Source: Flavobacteriaceae bacterium UBA5544 (GTDB taxonomy: Bacteria; Bacteroidota; Bacteroidia; Flavobacteriales; Flavobacteriaceae). From it: a stretch of 64,000 nucleotides of DNA. Positions 19,164 to 28,478 of this stretch are shown one piece after another. Under the pieces are notes generated by a model. The model did not search any database. It was not told the DNA's origin and saw only the letters and a program-made list of their open reading frames with translations. The translations under genes were made by a program, and so were the position numbers. Every line of letters starts with the position of its first letter. Positions within the stretch are counted from its first letter, which is position 1. The stretch is from positions 173,433 to 237,432 of the forward strand of contig DINI01000028.1 in NCBI GenBank assembly GCA_002426755.1. Reading direction: 5' to 3'.

Positions 19164-22079
19164 TCAATCAATAATTGCTTCATAGATGAGGCGTTGTATT
19201 TCTGTTCTTATGCCTTCTTTCAACAGCAAATTATTATTTGCATTTGGATAGGTTCTATTGGATAAAAACACATATACAATTTCTTTGTCTGGGTCTGCCC
19301 AAGCCATTGTGCCAGTGAACCCTGTATGGCCAAAGCTTTGCATGGAAACACAGCCACATGTTGAACCTTCGCCACTTAATTGTGGTTTATCAAAGCCTAA
19401 TCCGCGTCTATTCCCTCTCGAACAATAATAACACGTGTTGAACTTGTCCAATGTTTCTGTCTTAAAGTAACGCTTGCCACCATAAAATCCTTTTTGCAGG
19501 TACATCTGCATTATTTTTGCAACATCATTGGCATTACTGAAAATCCCTGCATGTCCTCCAACCCCTCCTTGCATGGCAGCACCCATATCGTGCACATACC
19601 CTTGGATGCGTTCATGTCTAAAATAATCGTCTTCTTCAGTTGGTACAATTTCAGAATCACTAAAAATATTTGCTGGATTATAGGTGGTAAAATTTGCTCC
19701 CAATGATTCATAAAAATGGTCTTGCACCAATTCGTCCATAGGTTTGTCGTAATGTTTCTCTATATATTTCTTTAAAATATAATAGCCTAAATCACTGTAT
19801 TTGTATTTTTGGGAAGGCAATAAATCGCTATCTCTAATGAGTTTTTGAATGGTGTCTGGATAATCTTTCTGTAAATAGATTTCTTCCGCAACCTTCACAC
19901 TAAAATTAGGGCTGAATTTACGCCTATACAAAGCTGCACTCGGTTTTTTGGACGAATCCAACGTTGCAATATAAAATGGTACCCAAGGCTTGAGTCGTGC
20001 GTAATGAGATAGCATTTCTTTTAAAGTGATATTCTTTTTATTGGAATCGCGGTAGTCTGGCAATAATTGACCTAATTTTGAATCAATTGAAATAACACCT
20101 TTGTCTTCCAATTCCATTATTAATGGCAAAGTCGCCAGTATTTTGGTTAACGAAGCCACATCGTATATATCGTTGAATTTTACGGGCTCTCCATTATCAT
20201 AAGTATGACTTCCAAAAGATTTGTTATAGATAACCTTTCCTTTACGAGCCACCAACAATTGTAGTCCTGGAGTTGTCTTATGATCGATTGCCAATAAAGC
20301 CATAGAATCTAGTTTTTTTAGCTTTTCCGAACTCATACCAACGCTTTCTGGCAATCCATAACTTAACGATAGAATTGAAGGATAGGTGATGCCGTCTCCC
20401 ACTTTAAAATTTTCTCCAGTAGATACGGGTAAATGGCCTTTGGCAGGAATAGCTCCAAAAATCAATTGGGCTGATTTACGCTGTGCAATCTCGCTGTTCT
20501 GATAGCTCATCACAATACCTTCAATATTTTCAACACTTCGCAGATCATTCATGGCGTATGGTCTTGAAAAGATATCTAGAATGACGGTGTTTGTTCTGGC
20601 TATTTCATATAGCCAAGTCAGTTCTTGTTCCGTAAATTGATAAGCTTTCCAAGGATTGGCGTTAGAGCGATGCAATCCAATGATGACCGTATTATATAGC
20701 TGAAGTTTGGTAATCATATCATCCAATTTGTCAGCTTTGATTTCGTGTACTTTTGTGTACTTTTTCAATTCATCCAAAAATGCGGAACCATCATCGTCGC
20801 CAAATTTTACATAAGCAATTTTTCTTGTTTCCAAATGGCGCAAAGGTAGAATCTCTTTGGTATTGCGAGACACGGTTATGGCATTCTCCATTAATTCTTC
20901 ATAGAGTAAATCATCTTTCAATCGGTTTAAATCTTCAACCAAATGTGCAGTACCAACAGGGCTATAATGATTGAGCCCGACTTTGTATTTTGCCATTAAT
21001 ATCTTTTTTACTGAATGTGCCAAACGCTCTTCAGAGATATCTTTGTTATTGTAGGCTTCAATTAATTTCAGAACACCTTTTTCAGTATTTTCAGACATTA
21101 GCAATACGTCATTCCCAGCCATAAATGCGGCCAAATCGATGTCGGCAGAATCACTGAATGTTGAGACGCCTTTCATTCCAAGAGCATCTGTAAATATGAG
21201 ACCTTTAAACTGTAGTCTTTCCTTCAAAATACCCTGAATAATCGTTTTAGATAACGAAGAAGGGACTCCATTGCGAGGTTCTAAACTTGGAACATTAAGA
21301 TGTGCTACCATTACACTTGACAAACCTTCTTGGATCAATCTTTTGTATGGATACAATTCTATAGAATCAATTCGTTTTTCATTAAAATTGATGGTTGGTA
21401 ACGATTTGTGTGAATCACTATCGGTATCACCATGTCCAGGAAAATGTTTGGCGCTTGCAAGCACACCAGCGCTTTGCATACCTTTCATAAAAGCAGAAGC
21501 CTTGTTGGTGACATTATCCCTTTCTTCCCCAAAAGAACGGTTCCCTATGATAGGGTTTTTTGGATTGGTATTGATGTCTACATCAGGTGCAAAATTAAAA
21601 TGAACTCCAAGACGCTTACAATGCTCCCCAATATAACGGCCCGTTTGTTCTATGAGTTTGTTGTCTTTAATAGCTCCTAAAGTCATGTTCCAAGGAAAAG
21701 CATATGTGGAGTCCAGACGCATACTCAATCCCCATTCTGCATCCATTCCGATTAATAAAGGAATGTTTGAAGCGGATTGTAGTTCGTTATTAAGCTTTGC
21801 TTGGCTTACTGGGTCTCCATTGGTATAAATAATCCCACCTATTTTTTGGTTTAAGATAAGATTGACAATTTTGGATTTATCCAGATTTTTCTTTTCAGAA
21901 TACACCTGAACCATGAATAGCTGTCCAACTTTTTCTTCAAGTGTCATTTTATTATAAATACTGTCTACCCATTTCTCTTGTTTAGCCACATCTTTAGCCA
22001 ATAACGGATTGGTATTTACTTGGGCATAAGCAGTTACAGATAAAATAAAAGTACAAATGAGGGGAAAAACTAAACGCAT
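19164..22079 (-). CDS. GH3 beta-N-acetylglucosaminidase fused to a serine-hydrolase/beta-lactamase domain
   Basis: DAEWG, KHFPGHGDT, FTDAL; C-terminal SLTK, YSDLG, GHAG, GHTGFTGT. Confidence 0.92.
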   Translation of the reverse strand: MRLVFPLICTFILSVTAYAQVNTNPLLAKDVAKQEKWVDSIYNKMTLEEKVGQLFMVQVYSEKKNLDKSKIVNLILNQKIGGIIYTNGDPVSQAKLNNELQSASNIPLLIGMDAEWGLSMRLDSTYAFPWNMTLGAIKDNKLIEQTGRYIGEHCKRLGVHFNFAPDVDINTNPKNPIIGNRSFGEERDNVTNKASAFMKGMQSAGVLASAKHFPGHGDTDSDSHKSLPTINFNEKRIDSIELYPYKRLIQEGLSSVMVAHLNVPSLEPRNGVPSSLSKTIIQGILKERLQFKGLIFTDALGMKGVSTFSDSADIDLAAFMAGNDVLLMSENTEKGVLKLIEAYNNKDISEERLAHSVKKILMAKYKVGLNHYSPVGTAHLVEDLNRLKDDLLYEELMENAITVSRNTKEILPLRHLETRKIAYVKFGDDDGSAFLDELKKYTKVHEIKADKLDDMITKLQLYNTVIIGLHRSNANPWKAYQFTEQELTWLYEIARTNTVILDIFSRPYAMNDLRSVENIEGIVMSYQNSEIAQRKSAQLIFGAIPAKGHLPVSTGENFKVGDGITYPSILSLSYGLPESVGMSSEKLKKLDSMALLAIDHKTTPGLQLLVARKGKVIYNKSFGSHTYDNGEPVKFNDIYDVASLTKILATLPLIMELEDKGVISIDSKLGQLLPDYRDSNKKNITLKEMLSHYARLKPWVPFYIATLDSSKKPSAALYRRKFSPNFSVKVAEEIYLQKDYPDTIQKLIRDSDLLPSQKYKYSDLGYYILKKYIEKHYDKPMDELVQDHFYESLGANFTTYNPANIFSDSEIVPTEEDDYFRHERIQGYVHDMGAAMQGGVGGHAGIFSNANDVAKIMQMYLQKGFYGGKRYFKTETLDKFNTCYYCSRGNRRGLGFDKPQLSGEGSTCGCVSMQSFGHTGFTGTMAWADPDKEIVYVFLSNRTYPNANNNLLLKEGIRTEIQRLIYEAIID

Positions 22080-22241
22080 ATATATGTGGACTTACTAAAG
22101 GCTATATAGATAAACTAAAAACTATGCCAAAATAGTACATTTGGCAGGAAGACAATAGGATTTTAAGATAGTTTTATTAAGAAGTTTATTAAGAGTTTTT
22201 AAACCAGAAGTTGAAATGCAATTTCAATTTGATGATTAGAT

Positions 22242-22724
22242 TTATAGAAAACGTGAATGCCAACTCTCACTTGCAGGGACCTCCCAACTCTCATTAAATT
22301 CGGCAATATTGGTCACTAAATTATTGAATACAATCGTGTTTTTGGAAACTGCTTTTTCTTTTGCCATTTTTTTGAAGTCGATCAATGTTTTGTATGCAAT
22401 ATACTCTCCTTGTTTATAGGAAACATTCATTTTGTCCATTAAATCCACATTATAATCTTTTTCCAATTGCTGAATAAAATGAACCGATGCATCGATAGAG
22501 CAACCTGTTGCTTTGTTCAACTCTTGGTTTAATGCAATAATGATAAATCGTTTATATTTAATATCATAACCTGATTGTAAATCGCTTCCGTGAGCTGTCC
22601 AGTTTGAAATAAAAATATCTAATTTAGATTTTATTTCGGCAATCTCATCATCTGTAAATGAGCGATTGGCTTGGTATATCCAAACACGTGATTCTTCTGG
22701 TAAGGTAGTGAAGTCAACTAACAT
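22242..22724 (-). CDS. Conserved Bacteroidota hypothetical protein
   Basis: SRVWIYQ, WTAHG, ATGCSID, FNNLV, SWHSRF; usual neighbour of GH3/bshA. Confidence 0.75.
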   Translation of the reverse strand: MLVDFTTLPEESRVWIYQANRSFTDDEIAEIKSKLDIFISNWTAHGSDLQSGYDIKYKRFIIIALNQELNKATGCSIDASVHFIQQLEKDYNVDLMDKMNVSYKQGEYIAYKTLIDFKKMAKEKAVSKNTIVFNNLVTNIAEFNESWEVPASESWHSRFL

Positions 22725-22732
22725 TCTATTTT

Positions 22733-23956
22733 TTATTCTATTAAATCTATATGTCTATCGTGATATCCTAACAAATACAACACACCATCCAGCCCTATAC
22801 TGGAGATAGCGCTTTGTGCACTGTTTTTTACCGTGGGTTTGGCATGAAACGCAATACCCAAACCAGCGAGATTGAGCATTGGCAGATCATTGGCGCCATC
22901 GCCTACTGCAATGGTCTGGGCAATATCAATCCCTTCTTTATGTGCGATTTCTTGAAGATATTCAGCTTTTTTATTGCCATCAACAATATCGCCAAGATAG
23001 TTTCCTGTTAATTTACCATCTTTTATTTCCAATTGGTTGGCATACACATAGTCAATTCCCAATTCCTTTTGCAAATAATTTCCGAAATAGGTGAATCCAC
23101 CTGAAAGAATTGCGGTTTTGAAGCCATATTTTTTCAGGGTATCAATCAATCTTTTTGCACCTTTTGTTATCGGTAAATTAATGGCCACATCATGCAGCAC
23201 ATCTTCGTTTAAACCCTCTAACAGCTTCATTCTGCGAACAAAACTTTCATTAAAATCAATCTCGCCATTCATGGCCGATTCTGTAATGGCTTTGACTTCA
23301 TCACCAACGCCTGCCAATTCGGCTAATTTATCAATCACTTCCGCCTGAATCAATGTGGAATCCATATCAAAACACACCAAGCGTCTATTTCTTCTATAGA
23401 TGTTATCCTCTTGAAAGGCAATATCTACATCTAAATCATGGGAAATTTGCATGAATTTAGCTGTAAATTCAGGTTTGTTATCAATTTTACCTCTAATGGA
23501 GAGTTGTACGCATGCTCTCGGATACTCTTCTTTTCTAGTAAGCGATAAACGGCCTGTAAGTCTTTTAATCGCGTCAATATTCAGGTTTTTTTCCGAAATG
23601 ATCTGAGTGACTTTAGAAATCTGCTCTGCAGTTAATTTTTCTCCCAAAAGCGTTACTATATAACGGTCCTTGCCTTGGTTGCTGACCCACTTTTCGTAAT
23701 TTTCAGATGAGATAGGAGTAAATTTAGCTTTGACACCAAGTTCATACGCTTTAAATAACAGGTCTTTTAATACTGCTGCAGATTTGTTTCCTGATTCAAT
23801 TTCAAATAAAAACCCGAGTGACAAGGTATCATGAATATTGGCTTGTCCAATATCCAATACTTTGGCACCATATTGTGCCAGTACATTGGTTAATCCTGAA
23901 GTTAAACCAGGTTTATCTTGTCCTGAAATGTTTAAAAGAAATATTTCGGTGGTCAT
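22733..23956 (-). CDS. serB: Phosphoserine phosphatase with two ACT domains
   Basis: HAD motif FDMDSTLI, SGGF, GDGANDLPM; N-terminal GQDKPG ACT. Confidence 0.95.
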   Translation of the reverse strand: MTTEIFLLNISGQDKPGLTSGLTNVLAQYGAKVLDIGQANIHDTLSLGFLFEIESGNKSAAVLKDLLFKAYELGVKAKFTPISSENYEKWVSNQGKDRYIVTLLGEKLTAEQISKVTQIISEKNLNIDAIKRLTGRLSLTRKEEYPRACVQLSIRGKIDNKPEFTAKFMQISHDLDVDIAFQEDNIYRRNRRLVCFDMDSTLIQAEVIDKLAELAGVGDEVKAITESAMNGEIDFNESFVRRMKLLEGLNEDVLHDVAINLPITKGAKRLIDTLKKYGFKTAILSGGFTYFGNYLQKELGIDYVYANQLEIKDGKLTGNYLGDIVDGNKKAEYLQEIAHKEGIDIAQTIAVGDGANDLPMLNLAGLGIAFHAKPTVKNSAQSAISSIGLDGVLYLLGYHDRHIDLIE

Positions 23957-24744
23957 TATAAATCCTGTGCATTTGCAATTAATTCTGCAACATCCATCAC
24001 AGCCACTTCGCTTTCTTTTTCTTTTCCTTTAATACCGTCCGTCATCATGGTATTGCAGAATGGGCAACCCGCTGCAATGATTTGTGGTTTGGTTTCCAAA
24101 GCTTGTTCTGTACGTTCTATATTAATGTCCTTATCACCTTTTTCTGGTTCTTTGAACATTTGCGCGCCACCAGCACCACAGCATAACCCACGCGATTTAC
24201 ATGATTTCATTTCGATTAATTCCGCATCCAATTTCCTAATTAATTCTCTTGGTGCTTCGTATACATTGTTGGCACGTCCTAAATAACACGGATCGTGAAA
24301 TGTGATACGTTTTCCTTTGAACTGTCCTCCTTCAATCGATAATCGACCTTCATCCAATAAAGATTTTAAAAATTGGGTATGGTGCATTACTTCGTACTTG
24401 CCCCCCAATCCAGGATATTCGTTTTTGATGGTGTTAAAGCAATGTGGACACGCTGTTACGATTTTTTTGATTTCGTAAGCGTTCATGACCTCTATGTTTG
24501 TAACCGCTTGCATCTGAAACAAAAACTCATTGCCGGAACGTTTGGCTGGGTCTCCAGTACAGCTTTCTTCAGTTCCCAAGACAGCAAACTCAACATTGGC
24601 TTTGTTCAATATTCGCACCAATGCTTTGGTTATTTTTTTGGCTCTATCATCAAAACTTCCGGCACAGCCAACCCAAAACAACACTTCTGGTTGCTTGCCT
24701 TCTGCCATGAATTCTGCCATAGTTGGTACTTTGATGTTTTCCAT
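23956..24744 (-). CDS. CCG-domain Fe-S protein
   Basis: WVGCAG, ESCTGD, TACPHC, HDPCYLGR, CCGAGG. Confidence 0.9.
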   Translation of the reverse strand: MENIKVPTMAEFMAEGKQPEVLFWVGCAGSFDDRAKKITKALVRILNKANVEFAVLGTEESCTGDPAKRSGNEFLFQMQAVTNIEVMNAYEIKKIVTACPHCFNTIKNEYPGLGGKYEVMHHTQFLKSLLDEGRLSIEGGQFKGKRITFHDPCYLGRANNVYEAPRELIRKLDAELIEMKSCKSRGLCCGAGGAQMFKEPEKGDKDINIERTEQALETKPQIIAAGCPFCNTMMTDGIKGKEKESEVAVMDVAELIANAQDL

Positions 24745-24933
24745 TTATTCGTTATTATATTTTTTATGCATACCCATTGCAAAATAAGATAATCCAGCTC
24801 CGAAGGTTATTCCAAAAGCATATTCTAAAAAATCTGTACATATCATTGGAACAATAAATCCTATTAGCATGAAAATTATCCCAACAGCTATTAATTTTTT
24901 TGGATTATCATAAAATGATCTCATATTATTCAT
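24745..24933 (-). CDS. Small two-TM membrane protein
   Basis: 62 aa, two hydrophobic helices, abuts or overlaps both neighbouring genes on the same strand. Confidence 0.55.
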   Translation of the reverse strand: MNNMRSFYDNPKKLIAVGIIFMLIGFIVPMICTDFLEYAFGITFGAGLSYFAMGMHKKYNNE

Positions 24934-26239
24934 TCTTCCAGTTCAATCGGTCCATTTGGTTGTAAGGCCAAGGGGCTCCGTTGTTTTCAACATTCGTCAT
25001 CATATTGTTCAATTCCATTGGCGCGGCGCTTTGCTCCATAACCAAATAACGACGCATGTCCATAATAATTGATAATGGGTCGATGCTCACGGGACATGCT
25101 TCCACACAAGCGTTACAAGTTGTACAAGCCCAAAGTTCTTCACGCGTGATATAATCGTCCAATAATTGCTTGCCGTCATCCTTAAACATGCCTTTATTGG
25201 CGTCAATATTTTTCCCTACCTCTTCAAGACGGTCACGAGTGTCCATCATTATTTTTCGAGGTGATAATTTTTTGCCTGTTTTATTAGCCGGACATTCACT
25301 TGTGCATCGACCACACTCTGTACAGGTGTAAGCATTGAGTAATTGAACCCAATTCAAATCTTGTACGTCACTGGCTCCAAATTTTGCTGGTGTGTCTGTA
25401 ACTGATCCTTCCGGTTGTGCGGCAAATGGATCGATATTAGGATCCATCATCATTTTCACTTCTTTGGTGACGGCTTCATTATTGTCAAACTGACCTTTAG
25501 GCCTAGTCTTTCCATAAAACGTATTTGGAAACGCCAATAAAATATGCAAATGCTTGGAAAAATATAGGTAATTCAAAAACACTAAAATCCCTAAAATATG
25601 TAACCACCAAGCTGTGCGTTCAATAATGTGAAAGGTTTCTGATGACGTATTCCCAAACCAAGAGGTGATGTGTTGACTGATAATATTACCAGTATCCATA
25701 GCTTGAAAATGAACATCCGTAGCATTCATCACCAAGAACAGTGTCATTAAGACCATCTCAAAATAGAGTATGAAATTTGCGTCATTTTTTGGCCAAGAAG
25801 TCATTTCTTTTGACCAGAAACGTTTAATTTTTATGATATTTCTCCTCATCCAAAAAATGATGACCGACACAAAAACAAGAGCAGCCAGAATTTCAAAACT
25901 GCCAATTAAAAAGCCATAGACAGATGCAGGCAAAACAGTTGAGAACAATCGATGCGTCCCAAACAGACCATCAAGAATAATCTCAAGAACTTCAATATTA
26001 ATAATTACAAAACCAACATAAACAATCACGTGCAAGAAACCAGCAATGGGACGTTTTACCATTTTAGATTGGCCCAAAGCAATCATTGCCATATTTCTCC
26101 AGCGCTGGGATTTATTGTCGCTTACGTCAACATCTCGACCCAATTTGAGGTTACGGATCAGTTTTTTTACGTTCGTTGCAAAATATCCAATACCGGAAAT
26201 AAGCGCAATGGCGAAAAGTATGTTTGGAATATAATTCAT
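24926..26239 (-). CDS. Membrane-bound 4Fe-4S oxidoreductase subunit (HdrE/GlpC-like)
   Basis: TM N-terminal half, CTECGRCTSECP and CTTCNACVEACP ferredoxin motifs. Confidence 0.9.
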   Translation of the reverse strand: MNYIPNILFAIALISGIGYFATNVKKLIRNLKLGRDVDVSDNKSQRWRNMAMIALGQSKMVKRPIAGFLHVIVYVGFVIINIEVLEIILDGLFGTHRLFSTVLPASVYGFLIGSFEILAALVFVSVIIFWMRRNIIKIKRFWSKEMTSWPKNDANFILYFEMVLMTLFLVMNATDVHFQAMDTGNIISQHITSWFGNTSSETFHIIERTAWWLHILGILVFLNYLYFSKHLHILLAFPNTFYGKTRPKGQFDNNEAVTKEVKMMMDPNIDPFAAQPEGSVTDTPAKFGASDVQDLNWVQLLNAYTCTECGRCTSECPANKTGKKLSPRKIMMDTRDRLEEVGKNIDANKGMFKDDGKQLLDDYITREELWACTTCNACVEACPVSIDPLSIIMDMRRYLVMEQSAAPMELNNMMTNVENNGAPWPYNQMDRLNWKNE

Positions 26240-26251
26240 CAGTGGTTGGTA

Positions 26252-27223
26252 TTAATTCTCCTCTGGCTGGGTTTTCTCGTCTTCGATAATATTGCCTTCA
26301 GCATCAAATTTTCCTGGTTTCTTGCCGAAGACTGAAAAATGAACATAACGTTTTGGATTCAATTTAAAATCTTGAAGCAATTGTTCTAATTGTTTTGAAG
26401 CACCTTCAAGGTTGGTATAAAGTTTATCATCGGTCATTAATTTACCCAAGGTTCCGTTCCCGTTTTTGACATCAGCCATTAATGAATTGACACTTTGCAA
26501 AGTGCTTTCTAGTTGCGCAACTGATTCAGAAAGTTTCACGTTTTTGAGGTCAGCACTCATGACAGCTAGGTCAGAACTTACAGTATTAAAATTTTTGATG
26601 GCAGAAGATAGTTCAGCATCGTTTTTAGACACCAAAGCATTGATGCTGTTGGAAAGTCTGTTGAAAGAAGCAATTGTTTTGTTTAGTTCGGCAATGGTTT
26701 GTTTTAGACCTTCTTCAGAATCATCAACTACCAATTTATTCAGATTGATAAGCAAAGTATCTGCAGATTGCATGGTATTGCCAAGATTACTGCTGATTCC
26801 AGAAAAATTTTCTGTCAAGCTTCTGATAAGACCTTGTTCCACCATTGATTCTAAATAATCGCCACTTTCGGCCATTTGGTCCCCAGGTTCAGGAACGATT
26901 GCCAATCCATTACCTCCCATCAAACCTGTTTCGTACAATTTAATCTTGCTATTGGTTGAGAATTTAATATCATTTTCAACAGAAATTGTCACTTTGGTTT
27001 TGCCTGTTTTTGTATCATACTCAATATTGGTAATCTTGCCAATCTTGTTTCCCTTGATGGTAACAGGTGCCGATGTATCGAGCGCATTATAGTCAAACGT
27101 TGTGTGATATTCTGCATTATTATCTAAAATATTAATGCCTTTAAGATAGTTGAACAGGAAAACCATTAACAGGATTCCTGAAATTACTAATATTGCGGTT
27201 TTGACTTCTCTTGAAATTTTCAA
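26252..27223 (-). CDS. MlaD/MCE family protein
   Basis: N-terminal TM, MCE domain (VTIKGNKIGKI, GLMGG), helical region, NPKRYVHFSVFG. Confidence 0.9.
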   Translation of the reverse strand: MKISREVKTAILVISGILLMVFLFNYLKGINILDNNAEYHTTFDYNALDTSAPVTIKGNKIGKITNIEYDTKTGKTKVTISVENDIKFSTNSKIKLYETGLMGGNGLAIVPEPGDQMAESGDYLESMVEQGLIRSLTENFSGISSNLGNTMQSADTLLINLNKLVVDDSEEGLKQTIAELNKTIASFNRLSNSINALVSKNDAELSSAIKNFNTVSSDLAVMSADLKNVKLSESVAQLESTLQSVNSLMADVKNGNGTLGKLMTDDKLYTNLEGASKQLEQLLQDFKLNPKRYVHFSVFGKKPGKFDAEGNIIEDEKTQPEEN

Positions 27224-27278
27224 TGTTCAGACGATTTAGTTGCTCACAAAATTAGCAATAAATATAGTAAGAATGATT

Positions 27279-28427
27279 TTAATTTGCAGTTGTTTTAAGC
27301 GCGTCATTGAGGTCTATGCGCTTTCCTTCTTTATAAGCCACTATAAAGCATTCGGGATATCCTTTCTTTTGAGCCTCTGTTTGTAACTGTTTGGCTTTAT
27401 TATAATCTGAAGTGTACCCGTAGAAATATTTAAACAACCTACCTTCTTTTTCTCGTGAAACGTCAGACAAACCATTAAAATTGAAAGGTTTAGGTTCTAG
27501 TTTGTTGGAACTTGCAGCCAATTGTACTTTAAAGACGATATTGTTATAAACGAGCTCCGGAGTTGGGATTTCAACTTTTTCAATAGGTCCGTCTTCTTTG
27601 ACGACCATTTGTGTTGTAGATTCTGAATAAATATTTTCCCCAACATTTTGGTCCAAGATTTTTTTATAGTCAACAATTGCATCATAAATGGAACCAGATA
27701 TTTCGTCCTGTCCTTTTGATGAATTAAGATAGGCTCCCTCCTCTTTATTGGTAACAAAACCTGTTTCTACGAGCACACTTGGCATAGCGGTTTGATGTAT
27801 GACCCAAAGGCTTGCTTGTTTTACACCTCTGCTTTTGCGACGTATTTTGTTAACGAACTTTCGTTCAATATAACTGGCCAACAAGATACTGTTCTCCGTA
27901 TATTCTTCTTGCATCAGGGAGATGCCAATTGAAGATACTGGAGAGTGGGGGTCAAAACCTTCATAGTGTTTTTCATAGTCATCCTCCATAAAAATAACCT
28001 CGTTTTCTGCCTTGGCCACCTCGAAGTTTTTATTTGTATTCTTTAGATCCAATACGTAGGTTTCTGTTCCTGAAGCTTCTGTGTGGTGCGCATTACAATG
28101 GATGGACACAAATAAATCAGCATCGGCATCATTGGCTATTTTTGCCCTGTCTTTTAACTCTACAAATACATCGGTTTTTCGGGTATATACAACTTTAAAT
28201 TCCCCATTCTTCTCAAGATCTTTACCCACGGCCAAAACGATTTTAAGCGCAATATCTTTTTCTTTATAACCGTATTTTGAGTTTTTACCTGGATCCTTTC
28301 CACCATGGCCAGCATCAAGGACTACAATAAATTTTCCGTTGTTCTTTTGAAAGGCATTGGCAGATGTTAAAAAACATGTAAAAATGAAGACTGTTAATAC
28401 GATTGTAGATAGTGTGTTCGTTCTCAT
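27279..28427 (-). CDS. N-acetylmuramoyl-L-alanine amidase (Amidase_3)
   Basis: LDAGHGGKDPG, FVSIHCNA, PSVLVETGF. Confidence 0.93.
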   Translation of the reverse strand: MRTNTLSTIVLTVFIFTCFLTSANAFQKNNGKFIVVLDAGHGGKDPGKNSKYGYKEKDIALKIVLAVGKDLEKNGEFKVVYTRKTDVFVELKDRAKIANDADADLFVSIHCNAHHTEASGTETYVLDLKNTNKNFEVAKAENEVIFMEDDYEKHYEGFDPHSPVSSIGISLMQEEYTENSILLASYIERKFVNKIRRKSRGVKQASLWVIHQTAMPSVLVETGFVTNKEEGAYLNSSKGQDEISGSIYDAIVDYKKILDQNVGENIYSESTTQMVVKEDGPIEKVEIPTPELVYNNIVFKVQLAASSNKLEPKPFNFNGLSDVSREKEGRLFKYFYGYTSDYNKAKQLQTEAQKKGYPECFIVAYKEGKRIDLNDALKTTAN

Positions 28428-28478
28428 ACTGATTTTAACGGCTAATAAACTCGCTTTATTTTAATTTTAGATTTTTAA

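Noticed and set aside
19164-22079. GH3-beta-lactamase fusion as a resistance novelty
   Set aside because: Common Bacteroidota domain architecture linked to peptidoglycan recycling
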